Source: Octopus sinensis (taxonomy: Eukaryota). Taken from it: a stretch of DNA of 64,000 bases. Positions 51,348 through 64,000 of this stretch are shown piece after piece. The DNA is taken from NCBI RefSeq assembly GCF_006345805.1, contig NC_042997.1, forward strand, positions 187,798,001 to 187,862,000. The letters run 5' to 3'. Below the pieces are notes generated by a model that saw nothing but the letters and a program-made list of their open reading frames with translations, made no database searches and was not told the DNA's origin. Every line of letters starts with the position of its first letter. Within the stretch, counting starts at the first letter, position 1. A program made the position numbers and the translations under genes.

Positions 51348-51366
51348 GTGTGTGTGTGTGTGTGTG
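51302..51366. repeat. (TG)n microsatellite
   Basis: Direct reading. Confidence 0.97.
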
Positions 51367-52065
51367 TCCAAAAAATGGAACAAGAACGCAACAGACGACA
51401 ATAAAACACCCAGACAGGTAGACGATGCGAAGACAGACAGGAAAAAACATGGACGGGTCATTCGCAGCCTCCTCTCATCAGTCAAGTTTCCAAATTATCC
51501 TTAGTTTCGGGCAGTTACACTTGAGACTGTTCAAATCTGGCTGCCCACAAAAATCTAAGCTAAGAGTATTAAATATTTTGGGAGAAAGAAGCGAATGTGT
51601 ACGACAACAAAGACAAAAAACAGAGAACATGTTACACAATTACAAATACAAACAAGAAAATAACAACAGGTGTCTTTCAACTAATTAAGACGAATCAAGT
51701 TGAGCTGGCGTGTGTAGAATGAAAGCCTTGAGGCAGGAACATAGGAGATGAACATAAGAGATAAAGTCAAGAGACAGGAACATAAGAGATGCTTCGCGGC
51801 CGGCAGTCGAGCCAAGAAAGAAAAATCATGCCTGGCCAAACACCGGTCACGTGGAAGGAAAAGAGGGGGTCAGAGGGACTGAAGGATTAGGAGAAGAACG
51901 AGAAAGAGAGGAAATCAAAGGGACAAAGTACAAAGGAGATAAACGAGGAGCAAAAGTAGGAATTAAAGAAAGAGAAGGCCAAGAAATGTGAGATAGGGGG
52001 AGTAAGAAAAGAAAAGAGGAAAGAAAGAAGTATGAGGGGGACTAAAAGAAAGAGTATATATATAT

Positions 52066-52097
<32 letters not shown>

Positions 52098-53550
52098 AAG
52101 GGAAAGTTTACGAAAATAAAAGACGAAGGCAGATGGTGTACAAACAGATGTATTAGTATAGCGCTCAGGAATAGAAAAAGTCTTTTACGTTTCGAACCTA
52201 CGCTCTTCTACGGAAAGATACACAGAAAAAAAAACAAGGAGAGAGAAAAAATATGTGTAGTAGCTAACGATCTAGTGATTATATCTTTGTCTTTAATGAA
52301 CGTGACTTAATTACTGTGTCCCCATGAAAAAAAAAACTGTTAATGGATTCCAGTATGTTTAGCGATAGAAGTTTAGGTTGTATGTAATTTGTTAACACAC
52401 ACACATACAAAGAGGATCTGTACTGCACTTTGCTTAGTTATGAACAAATAAAATTCTCGGAGTTTTACTAAAAATGGGAAAGAAAATCTGCTTGGGTATT
52501 GTGGCAACATCACATATATAACATTGCAAAAACTGCATCTCAAAAACTAGAAAAATACTGAATGAGCACAGGACCAATATTACTGCTGGCTTTGAGTGGT
52601 AATAAATTATTTCATTAGATCAGTGAATTAGCAAAGCAACGAACAAATATTGCTTGCGGGCTTTAGTTACGACCTTTCATTCCGAGTCCAATTCGTCTTT
52701 GGGTAAATATAATCAACTCATCTCTAAATCCAGGCTTTGTAATTTGGCTGAATCGAGAGAGGAGTGAGAAAATCCCCTTGCTGTATTTGGTTGCATTCTT
52801 TTACATTCTGAACTCAAATCCTACCAAAGTCAACTTTGTTTTTATTCTTTCTAGAATTGAGAAAATAAGTTCCAGTCATTTACTGTTGATATAATTGAAT
52901 GTTTCCTCTCCCGAAATACATGGCTTTATGCTTAAAAACGATAGTTATCATTATCGACACTGCTGCGGCTTTTATAGTTGAGGACGATGTTGTCAGAAAC
53001 AGTAGCTCGTCAAATTTTACAGCATTTAATTTCACCTTTCTATATCATGGGATCAAATCCTCCCGCAGTCCGCTGTCTTTCAATCCTTCTAGGCTGATAA
53101 AATAAATACCAGTAATATTCTCGATTCTTGTATTCAATCGAATAATAACTCTTCTCTGCAAATTTATGGTTTTATGCAATTTGCTTTCATTATGCTATGA
53201 GTTCAAACATCTCTTGGACTAATAAGATCCCTGTCATTGTGACTGTGTTAATTGCATCAACTACTATGTTCTCCCAATTAAAATGTATAATCTTGTAGTT
53301 AACCCATAAAACGCTGGGATTTGCACTTACATAGCATGGACTGCTGAGCACATTTTATGAAAATGACACTATACATGAAAAACAAAAAAATAGTTAAAAT
53401 ATCTTCTTCGTATATAATGGTGGCAAGTTTTACATCATTTGAAAAATCATTGGTTGAACTATTAGTCCTCTTGCATTCTGGGGTGGGGTATCGGAGCGTT
53501 TGAGTGACATTAGACCCCAACAAACGCCCATAAATTAAATGCATCTCTCT

Positions 53551-53602
53551 GGGCCATGATCGTGACCTGTCGACCTGTGCCTGACGGCCACGATCATGAC
53601 CC
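53551..53602. other. 52-nt GC-rich hairpin
   Basis: Arms GGGCCATGATCGTG / CACGATCATGACCC (13 of 14 paired) around a 24-nt interior that can pair further (GTC/GAC). Confidence 0.7.
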
Positions 53603-53869
53603 GTCGCGGTTTATGTGTTAATATAAAGCATTCTTATTATTATCATTTAAATAATAATGGGTTCAAATACCGTCGAGATCAACTTTACCTTTCATACTTC
53701 TGCTTCCCTCAATCTCAAACCCTGTGCCTATGTTAGAATTATCATTATGAAATGATAAGGGGTGGCCAAGTAATGGACACACCTCGAAGTGTCTAGAACC
53801 CATTGTTCTCCACGTCTAACCACGGCGGATTTCTTCCAGAAAGAAAAACAGAAAGAGAAGAATAATCGA

Positions 53870-54005
53870 ACCTGATGCTGGACTGATAGATATAAAATTA
53901 TTCGACCTCGAAAAGACGAAAGGCAAAGATGATCTCGGCGGAATATGAACTCAGAGTGCAGAGAACCTAAACAAATACTCTAACTACACTGGTAATTTGC
54001 CGCCT
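53870..54005 (-). mobile_element. SINE family 1 fragment
   Basis: TTCGACCTCGAAAAGACGAAAGGCAAAGATGATCTCGGCGGAATATGAACTCAGAG. Confidence 0.75.
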
Positions 54006-57000
54006 TAATCAGTTTTACACCATCATGTGATGATTGAAATATATGTACTTAGACAATTGGAAAAGTTTAATACTTTGAAGCTTCAAAAAGAAATAACTGT
54101 TTGATTTTGGGCACGTTCATAAACGTGTGGCGTTTTATGACTTAATGAACCATAAAAATTTCTTATATTGATGTAAATATTTTTTTTAAAGATTTATACC
54201 CCCAAAAGAATACAGGAGAATTCTGATTACGGATTTCAAGTTGATATTCTCTTTAAGCAAATTTTAAATAGTTTCCAGAATTGGAACCAAAGCTAAAGAG
54301 AAACAGCAAAGAAAAGTAAAACTGGAATCATGTGCAACGAATAATGGGACACTTATTAGAAAAGCGTTGGAAAGTTTGAACGAAACAGGAATCGGAAGAA
54401 GTATGTATTGTTTATGGGAAACTTCAGGCTAAAGATTCCTTTGGCTGGAATGTATGACACTATGCCTAGAGAATTTCTTTGTCCGAGTTATCAAAATTTA
54501 TTCTCAATATGACTTCATACACAGATTTGTTCCGTGTTCGTGATTTTACTTTCGCAGAAGTTACGTTTTAATTAATATATTTCCGTGACTGATCTCGCTA
54601 ATTTGACTTGGTAATACGTTTGTTTAGCATTAATTTGTTAAACAGGAATCAGTAGATAAGTACTGTAAATAACATCTTCTTTAGGTTTACATTTGTTTCC
54701 AGTTAATTTTACTCATAGAGACATTTACTAAGTTTTTTCTGCATTCCATCATTCTTCATGTATACAGAATAGATCGATCATTTTTCATTGACTAGCGAGC
54801 ACGTCGATTAACTCTGCTTGGCCCCATCGATAAGCCCACCTCTTTTAATGTCATCTTTGCGAAATTCTTCTTCTAGCTTTCTGTCGCATTTTTGTATAAT
54901 TTATTTGCTATTGCTATCTATGTGTGTGCATTATGCTACTTTGTGTGCTAGCTTCTTATGCTGTCGCAGTTATTACCCTGCGGTGAAACCACTTCTAAAC
55001 TTAAAGGTGTCTTGTTAATATGCTTATTCCTCACATCTTATTCGCCGGTTGTAAACAAATATAATTACCGACTCTTTTCTTTCTAAACCAGTTAAACTAA
55101 TTCTATTCCATCTTCTTAATTACTATCGTCCTCTATTGTCTCTTACATTTTGCTCTACAATAGACAAAAGACAGCTTCTCTTTTCTTTGGTTTGGGCTAG
55201 ATTGAGATTTTACGGTGAAAATTGGAGCGAAAAACTTCGTTAAAACTGCATTTCAAAAGTGTCTCGTGACTGCAGTGACGTCTCGTGTTCCTTTGGGCGT
55301 TTTTTTAATACCTTTACAAGACTGAAGAGTTATCTACAGAATATCATGAGACAAAATCGTCTGAACCATTTAACCCTAATTTGAATTGTACGAGCATACA
55401 CAAATGAAGATGTTATGGTTATCAACATATTTAGATTTTCGAAGAATAAGAGACCTACTCTATCCTGATTTCCTTCTTCCTTGCTGTGATGAGCATAAAA
55501 ATGTCATCAAATATCATTTCGTAAGGAAAAACATTTTGCAATATTTGTTGTTGGACCAGCATTATAGTTTTTAGATTTTCATCAATTAACTTAACTTGCT
55601 ATGATTTTTTCTATAAACTTCAGGTTTTACTTCTATAATTCGAATATTTTTCAGGCAGAAGATTTAGGTTCTACCTGAGCCCCACCCAAATTTTGCCCAT
55701 ACATTTGTGTACAACTACTGTTTTCGGTCCTTTTCCTTCTATTCTTTTCTTCTATAAGTAGTCTTCCCTGTTTGAATTGTACTTTGAATATTCAAAGGTT
55801 GCTCAAAGCCCGACACTTTGGTTCTCGTTATTGTCACTCTGCGAGTCATTCTCAAAATAAAAAAAGTAGGTGTATTTTTGTTTGTTTGTTTTTTGCACTA
55901 GATTAAACTTAATCATATTTTAAGAAGAGAAAAATAAGATCACTTAGTGGCAAAAATATTTAATGATATAATGATTATGCTTGTTTAATTTTAGTGGTGA
56001 TATTAGCACACCGTTTGGTTTCTTGATGTGTCAAGCTGTTGTGTTAGCAGACCATTTGTCGTTTTTTAAGCAAATGTATTTATAAAAAAACTGTGAATTC
56101 TTTTTTACAGATCAATATTTATCCATTCATGCACAGAAATTTTCGTCTTTCATTCTTCCGATGTAGATAAAAATAAGTACCAGTCATATACAAGTATTAA
56201 TTCTTTACAAAATTTGAAATTTCCATGTAACAAATCATGTCTTTATATATGTACATATACACACACATACACAACACACACACACATTATTTTTACACCT
56301 CTGTTGTGACACTAACACTTATTTTGCTGAGCCCGACTCAAAATTAACTTCGGAGAAATTTAAAGCAGGACAGGGATTATAGACGGAAAAATAAAATTTT
56401 GTGACGTCGACGACTTTCTATTAATGCACACTCATAGACAGACAAGACAGACCGACAGACAGATAGATGGATAGATAACGTCACCAGAAATAGATCCCGG
56501 TGAGATCAGAAACCGCACCATGATCTTCATTCTTCGAGAAGGCAATTTATACAGGAAATTAAAAAAGAAGAAACATCTCGAATTAAATTTCCTTTTCTCG
56601 GTAGGTTAATAGTAGGAAGGGCAACTTTATCTACTCCCAATTTAACCCAACGTTAACACCATCCAGCTATAAAAAGACCAGTCCCAAAGTCAAGACGCCA
56701 GGCCTTACCCCAAACCTATTTCACCGAAATAAAACCATAAAAATAAGTTCTTCAACCTCTCAAATCCTAGTTTATGAACTACATAGCAAACTATATTTTA
56801 TTTCTGAAACAAGGTCCTGACCAGAAGTTCACCCTTAAACATCCGGCTCTCTGCTTATCCAGTGTAATGTATCAAATTGCACAATATAAAAGACACCGCC
56901 CCTCAGAAACCTAAAGTGTGATGGTTGCCGCGGAAACTATTTATTCTCTTAGTCTCTTCCTCTTTCCTAACCCCACCTCATCCGTTATCAACTCTGAATA

Positions 57001-59756
57001 CAGAGGAATGTAAATGCTGCTGCTGCTGCTGTTGTCCGACAAGCGCCTATTTCGAAACTGGAAGAAATGCATACGTTAGGGTGGTATTACTTAGCTTTCG
57101 GTGAGAGACGTGGAAGCCATTTTTTAGTGAAAGCACGTAGCCACTTTGCTTCATCATAATCGGGTGAGTCCCCAGAAATAAATGAAACCTGACTCCAAAT
57201 ATTTGGCAAAGTTTTTTCTGCTGCAGCTCAAACTATGTATAGAATTCAGACTGCTACTACTGCCACCAGCGGGAACATTTATGGAAGGACATAAGAGATA
57301 TTAAATATTTGGCGTATTTCCAGCATTTACAGAATAAATTCAGAAATATATTTATATAAATTTACCCAAATAATATAAGACCAAATATCTATTAAAAAGA
57401 AGAAATAATCTTAAGTGTATGTTCATTTTAATAAACAAATAAAACACGCGCGCGCACACACACACGATGGATGGATGGATAGATAAACATTACCATAAAA
57501 GGAATGTCATATTGTATTGATTTTATATCAGCTTCATTTCCAAACAGTGGATCAAAATGTAGACATACATGAAATCTACGCCAGCTGACTTCTGTAACAG
57601 AAAGAATTAGGTTAAATGGATCGATATATCAGCGGAGAAAGTAGTAAAAAGGATTCCCATATTGTTTTGTTTAACACTTTGCTCAAGACCCAAATATAGA
57701 AAATAAAAGACTATGAAATAATAGTTTAATGCCTTCTCTCCATACACATATTGATGATGTGCTGATTAACATTTCACTTTGATCACAATTGTTTGGGGGA
57801 AAGGAAAAGAACATTATAATTCCCACTATCCTCTCCCCTGTGAATCTGAGGTTTCATGCTTATGAAAAGATTATTTTCTGAAGAAGGTGAATTATGGTAA
57901 TTTAAAACTAAATGTTTCCAGCTTTACATATGTCAACATCATGTTGTCTTCGTAACGTGTTTAAAACCTTTCTTAGTGCAGTCTAGTCTCCCTTCCTTTT
58001 TAGCGAGCCTTTCAGTTTTCTCTGATCCCATCTCCTCTTATTTATTTTATTTTTTTATAGAAATATCATTGGTATGAGTAAATTATTCAGTAAGACAATT
58101 CAAACAAAGGCAAACAACATTGCTTGTACCATATAGTTTCCTCGGTTTGTTTTCTCATACCCAATCACCACAGGATTTCATGCTGTCAGCTAAAATTAGA
58201 AAATAGTTTGTCCGTTTTATCCTATGCTGTTTGATTTAACCTTTGTGTGCAAATGATTTGTGTTGTTAAGGGAACATACTCTTAAAAACCTGTTATGAAA
58301 GGTTTATTAGCTATTAAATACTTATACTTTCTGACAATCCCTGAAAACAATCAATCCTATGAGATGTAGCAATTGATGAAAAAATAATGCACCAGTGGGC
58401 TGGAAAATGTTCAAGTTATTATGAATTCCAAATTTGCATAGAAAAACCGTGGATCGGGATAATACTAAATTGCTATTAGGGAGGAGGGGAATTAACTGCT
58501 CATTGTCAAGTGGAAATATGTACATTGGATTTGTTGCTTTTTTTTTCTTGTATCTTATTTTTTCGTTTTGTTTTGTTTTTTTTCTTGGTCATTATTTGCT
58601 TCTACGGGATTCTATAAACTGGCAGCTTACAAAAAGAAGAAAAAAACTATTCAAAGCAGAACTTTCATGTAGAAATGATTCAAGAGTGAAGTTTTACACG
58701 TCGCTCTAAAACTTCTGTTATAAGTTTCACCCCTCTTCCACACATTGGAACTCAAATAATGCACAAACGATTTCAGCTTTTATCTCGTCAATGTTTTTGT
58801 TAAATAAAATTTTACTAGATTTTGTCTGCCATCATACTTAGTATTAAAGAGTATAAACATGTTGAAAATAAACATGGTATTGCAACTTTTTCCCAAACGT
58901 CAATTACATTACATAATCTTAAAAACAATTTTAGTGACGTCAAACCTCCTGCATACTTCGGACAACATTTTTCAATGTGGCTAATGGCAAGAAATTGATT
59001 ATACTTTTACACATGTAGGGCGCACAATGAGGTTTTATTGCAGTTTTGACTTATAGAAGAAATGCATTTTTTTACAAATGTTCACAACCTTACAAAAACT
59101 ATATCAGCTAAGCAAATGATTTTCTCTAAATGCATTAAAAACATTATAACATAATCTGTACACTGTTTTAAAAAAATTATCATCGTCCACTTTGAGCTTA
59201 TAAAAGATGAATTTAGCTAAGGCAAAATGGATTAACCAAGGTAAGGTAAATTTGCCTCTTCAATTTTCCAGAATTAGGTTTGAAAACAGACTCATACACA
59301 CCAATAATCATCCTTAAACATCAGAAAGATCAGAAATGCAACAAAAATTTAGAAGATCGAACTCAAATGAAAGCGGATCGTGGGAAAATAGCACATGATA
59401 TGAAATTAACGAAACTCGACTAAATAAAATAAACACTCGACATAAAATATTCTCTATAGCTTCTTCAAGATCTGCTGGAGTGGCTCTCTTCCCGATATAT
59501 TTTTGCACCGTGCAGTTAAAGAGAAGAAATTATTGAAATTAGTCATGGCTAATTTTATCCCACTTTAGACATCATTTTTTGAAAATTGAAAATGATCAAA
59601 CTAGACATTAGTGTGGGGAAAAAATTGACTTGGAATCCAACAGAGAAAAGAATATTGATTGTTAAACACCAACAATTATCCAGATATTTTATCAGCAACT
59701 AAGGTCAAAGTTGAGAAAAAATTTCTTGAAAAAGTGCCTTGTCACGTGACTCTCTT

Positions 59757-60158
59757 ACTCTTTTACTATTTTACTTGTTTCAGTCATTTGACTGCGGCCA
59801 TGCTGGAGCACCGCCTTTAGTCGAGCAAATCGACCCCAGGACTCATTCTTTGCAAGCCCAGTACTTATTCTATCGGTCTCCTTTGCCGAACAGCTAAGTG
59901 ACGGGGACGTAAACACACCAGCATCAGCTGTCAAGTAATGCTAGGGGGACAAACACAGACACACAAGCACACACACACATACATATATATACATATACAC
60001 GACAGGCTTCTTTCAGTTTCCGTCTACCAAATCCACTCACAAGGCATTGGTCGGCCCGGGGCTATAGCAGAAGACACTTGCCCAAGATGCCACGCAGTGG
60101 GACTGAACCCGGAACCATGTGGTTGGTTAGCAAGCTACTTACCACACAGCCACTCCTG
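59757..60158 (-). mobile_element. Full-length SINE family 2 with central (AC)/(AT) microsatellite
   Basis: Minus strand reads CAGGAGTGGCTGTGTGGTAAGTAGCTTGCTAACCAACCACATGGTTCCGGGTTCAGTCCC...GCGGTGCTCCAGCATGGCCGCAGTCAAATGACTGAAACAAGTAAAA; CpG-rich. Confidence 0.93.
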
Positions 60159-61488
60159 TTGCAAACTCTGTCAACTTCAACAACAAGAACTACGCTGACC
60201 AATTCTTACTCCTAAAGATGATGCAATATTTACAATGTAATAATTTCAAACAGGTAGGGAGAAAATAAAAAGAAATTAGAAATTACTCATTTTACCCCGG
60301 TAACTAAATTTGATTTAAAGGGTGATAGAAACTGACTATATAAGAATATTCCTTTTCAGATACGTAAAGGACATTCCAATAGCTTATGCTATCATATAAC
60401 TGAATATTTTATACGAATCCAAACTAGATGTAAAGTAAATATTCTGCATGAAAATGTCTTATAGTGTTAATACGAGAGTTGATGACACCCAGAATATTCC
60501 AGTCCAAGTGTAATTCTGCACCTTACCTCTAATTGAATCTGCATTTCACAACGGTGCATGTCAGCATTTCTAAAGTCAAGAACACATGACAAAAAATTTT
60601 TTTTTCTTAATTTCTCATAACTTCTCAGCACGTGACATCAACACAGCTTTTAGATATTTTCAGTTTTATCCTACTCTATATTTCCTCATATTCATCATGA
60701 AATTGCCTGAAGATTTGAATTAAGTAATCTAATGACGAAACAGCGACACCATCTGGATCTTTGTGTGCGTCTTCCGTTTCATTCAGGATATGAGAAATGA
60801 AAAACAAAAATTATTTTTTTTTGTAACGTATAAAAGTATTTTAATTCGAAATAAAGATTTAACTTCAACCCTTAAGACAAGAGACTGAAGCTGAACCAAC
60901 CTGGAGCGCTGGATAACGTAACATACAACTTATGAACGTGCCTGCTGCTTTCAAAATATTAAAACCATTGCTGGAATAGTTTTCATTAATGTTTTTACAT
61001 TTAATGAAGTTTATTCGACATGAACATACCAAAATTTGCAGAGTAAAATATCTGAAAAATTGAGAAATAATCAATAGGATCAGTGTCGTTCACAAACACT
61101 ACAAAAGTTGGAACAGCTTAATTTAGATAAAATAAATCAAATCGTGTAAGTGATTATTGATAGCGTAAGAAAAACAGTGTAAGAAAAATCCGAGTAGCCT
61201 GTATATAATGCGCTGATATTTTTTTAAAAACCCAACCCAAAACGTCTCCCTAAGCATCGAATACGGAGTACACAACATCAAAGTTTCCTTTAATTTGTCG
61301 TTTGCTGTACAAATTTGCTTTCTCTAGTGATAAAAGTATCTACACATTAAATTATTAAATGCTCCATTATTTTAAGCAACTGAACTTCTTATGCAAATTA
61401 ATTTCTTTAGTACTTTGGTTGCATGCACTCAACTTAGCGCAATATGATTCTCGATTCTTTACTTTTTCTTATTTACATTAATGATACT

Positions 61489-61899
61489 GGATCTTTTCGG
61501 TTTGAACGGCAGTTTTTTCTAGCGGTGTCATGTGAAATTGTCACCCATAATTATGATCCTAGAATCGATCTATTGCATTTCAATCTGTTTTAGGGTTAGG
61601 GGTGGAGGAAGGGTATCTATTTTTCTTCACAAATGTAAATAAATCCAATCTGTTTCTTAAACGAGAGACATATTCATACGGCACAGAATGCTTTTTAACT
61701 CAATAGACGTCACTGATTGGTTGAAATTGCAGAAATTGGAGAGAGAAAAACAACAAATATCTTACAAACTATAGAACTTTTTCAATAAAGCCAAAAGAAA
61801 AAGATGTTTTATAAACACATTCTACCAGTATACGAAGTTTAAAATTTTTTAGTTACCTAGAAATTATGTTTAAAAATGCCGTTCAAACCGAAAAGATCC
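61489..61899. mobile_element. Second copy of the GGATC-ended MITE, 8-bp TSD
   Basis: TIR GGATCTTTTCGGTTTGAACGGCAGTTTTT; perfect TSD ATGATACT (61481-61488, 61900-61907); highly similar throughout to 34882-35313 but with only 2 TTAGGG units. Confidence 0.95.
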
Positions 61900-62766
61900 A
61901 TGATACTTTTCCATAACGTCTTCTGGAGCCGCAGATTTACATAAGATTTTGTGTCATCCTGGAGTGACTCGATTATGACACAGTTACATCTGAGAACGTA
62001 CTATTTTTTGGGAATTTAAAATCACAATTCAGTCTCTTCCTCATGCCAAATTGAACAAGACCCCTTAACCTCTCGTGCGTCTCACTGTCATCTACCATCG
62101 TTTCTTATCACTCTTAGTGTATGCTTATAGAATACTCGGTATTTCCCCTTTACATTTGTATCTTCTGATGTGACTTCTCCAAGAGATTCTGTGTAATCAA
62201 TTTAAAATTCAAACCTCAAACCGTGCTATAATTAATTTAGAAATGATTATTTCCCTTATAATAACTGCCGCCAGGGTATAACATGTGTTGAAATTACGTT
62301 GGCTGTGAATTTTAAATATATGCACACAAACTGACGACGATACGTGTCTAAATAAATGGCTTTTCTAACATAACGAAAGATAAAGTAGTACGGAATAGCA
62401 GTTTCAAACTATTATCTACGTACAAACGGCTTGTAAAATTCTTTCATAGTGATAGGGAAAATATTAAAAACTCTTTCACAAGGTAGAAATCTCTGGAAAC
62501 AATTTATCCATATGTCGGACTTTCCCATTTTTTCTCTCTCAATTACAGAACTATTAACGATCAATGAAGATATTTAAAAACAAAAAGAATGCACATTCTA
62601 TTAGTGTTATCTAAACATTCTCGTTTCGTAAAATGTTTAATTCGGCGTAATTTAATTGCTTAGGGTTATGTTATGCAGATGATTTCAAAAAAAGATGAAA
62701 TGGGACTATACATGACTGCCTGTAACTCTAAAATTTAAGATCTTTGTAATGAGTATAAAAAAATAA

Positions 62767-62985
62767 GGAGTGGCTATAGGCGCAAGAGTGATTGTGAAGC
62801 TTGCTTCCTTACCAACCAAATGGTTCCGGGTTCAGTCCCACTGCATGGCACCTTGGGAAAGTGTCATCTCCTATAGCCTTCGAGCCAACCAAAGCCTTAT
62901 GAGTGAACTTGGTAGACGGAAACTGAAAGAAGCCCGTCGAATATGTGTGTGTGTTTGTCCCTCCAACATTGCTTGACAACCGATG
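62767..62985 (+). mobile_element. SINE family 2, 3'-truncated
   Basis: AAGCTTGCTTCCTTACCAACCAAATGGTTCCGGGTTCAGTCCCACTGCATGGCACCTTGGG...GGTAGACGGAAACTGAAAGAAGCCCGTCG. Confidence 0.85.
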
Positions 62986-63204
62986 CGCATCTTCGTTATT
63001 CTTCGATTTAAAATTCAAACTTCTAACCTCACCATGAATAATCTAGAAATGATTATCTCCCTTACAATAACTGCCGCCATGGCTTGTCACGTTTTTCAAA
63101 CGCATGAGATGTTCGTCATTTAAAGACAGCCGAGGACTGACCTGACGACTTTGAATATACTTGCAATGAAATATGACATATCACAGGGAATATAATAGTA
63201 CAAG

Positions 63205-64000
63205 CCAGTATTTGACTAGTACATTATCAATCCCGGAAGGATGAAAAGCGAAATTGACCTCGGCAGGATTTGAACTCAGCACGTAAAGAACCAAAAGAAA
63301 TGCCGCTAGGCATTTTTCCAACGCTCTAATGATTCTACCAGCTCGCCACCTGACATGGTGCTAATAATTGTTGGTACAAGGCCAGCAGTTTTAGGGAGAG
63401 AGGTGAATTGATTGCTCAACTAGTATTTATTTTATTGACCTCGAAAGGGTAAAAAGGCAAAGTCCACCACGGCAGAATTTGAACTTAAAACGTAAAGATC
63501 TGGGGAAGAAACGCCGTTATGCATTTTGTCCGATTTTGTCAAGATCGCCAACTTGTGTGATTCTAATAATCCTTTCTGCTTTTTGTCCAGCGTGATAACG
63601 ACTCAGCCAACTCGCCGCCTTACACATGATCCTATTGATGATTTCAAATTTTGGCACAAGCCTAGGAAATTCGGGGGAGTGGGGAGGAGGGCTAGTCGAT
63701 GACATCGACCCCAATGCTCAGCTGGTATTTATTTTATCGACACTGAAATGATGAAAGACAAAGTCGACCTCGGCGGTATCTGAACTGAGAAGGTGAAGAC
63801 TGACGAAATGCCGCTAAGTGTTCTGTCCGGCGTGCATACGATTCCGCCAGCTTGCTGCCTTAAATGTGATCCTAATAATCCTTTCTACTATAGGCACAAG
63901 GACTGAAATTTAGAGAGAGGGAACTGGTACTTAATTTATCGACTCCGAAAGATTGAAATGTAAAGTCGACCCCGGCGGAATTTGAACTCAGAACGTAGCG
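63205..64000 (-). mobile_element. Stack of four co-oriented SINE family 1 copies
   Basis: AAAG(T/TT)(C/T)GACC(T/C)CGGC..GGA(A/T)TTTGAACTCA-type cores recur at about 63250, 63460, 63760 and 63960; the last copy runs off the window. Confidence 0.85.

Noticed and set aside
59270-59421. 49-codon frame after a pyrimidine-rich acceptor (LGLKTDSYTPIIILKHQKDQKC...)
   Set aside because: No homology recognised; the nearest upstream donor would give an implausible intron of about 30 nt.
59741-59750. Perfect CLEAR/E-box GTCACGTGAC
   Set aside because: A single isolated 10-mer next to a SINE tail, with no promoter context visible.

Overview
Eukaryotic nuclear DNA, AT-rich and dense in repeats. The tRNA-derived SINE families, RTE/Tx1/CR1 LINE remnants and long compound microsatellites resemble those of Octopus (coleoid cephalopod); this assignment is from recall, not a database search. 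I found no intact recognisable protein-coding gene, no tRNA or rRNA gene and no CRISPR or prokaryotic system. Most ORFs in the track are microsatellite or AT-composition artefacts, or transposon remnants. Well-supported features are a decayed RTE LINE (endonuclease plus a PHD-like finger, RT core deleted), a DD34D mariner with TIRs and TA TSD, a DD37D maT carrying a very young CR1-type 3' fragment, a Buster/Charlie-type hAT remnant, Tx1/L1-like fragments, three SINE families, and a GGATC-ended MITE family with 8-bp TSDs (Merlin-like). That family includes a 68-bp TIR-only mini-element and two copies carrying TTAGGG repeats. About 8.3-34 kb is strongly CpG-depleted, consistent with a methylated gene body of an unidentified gene. 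It contains a chain of phase-compatible candidate microexons on the + strand and competing candidates on the - strand. Other notable items are a loop-less 106-bp palindrome, a dense CRE/bZIP motif cluster at about 50.3-50.7 kb and a 52-nt hairpin with a DR2-like nuclear-receptor motif.
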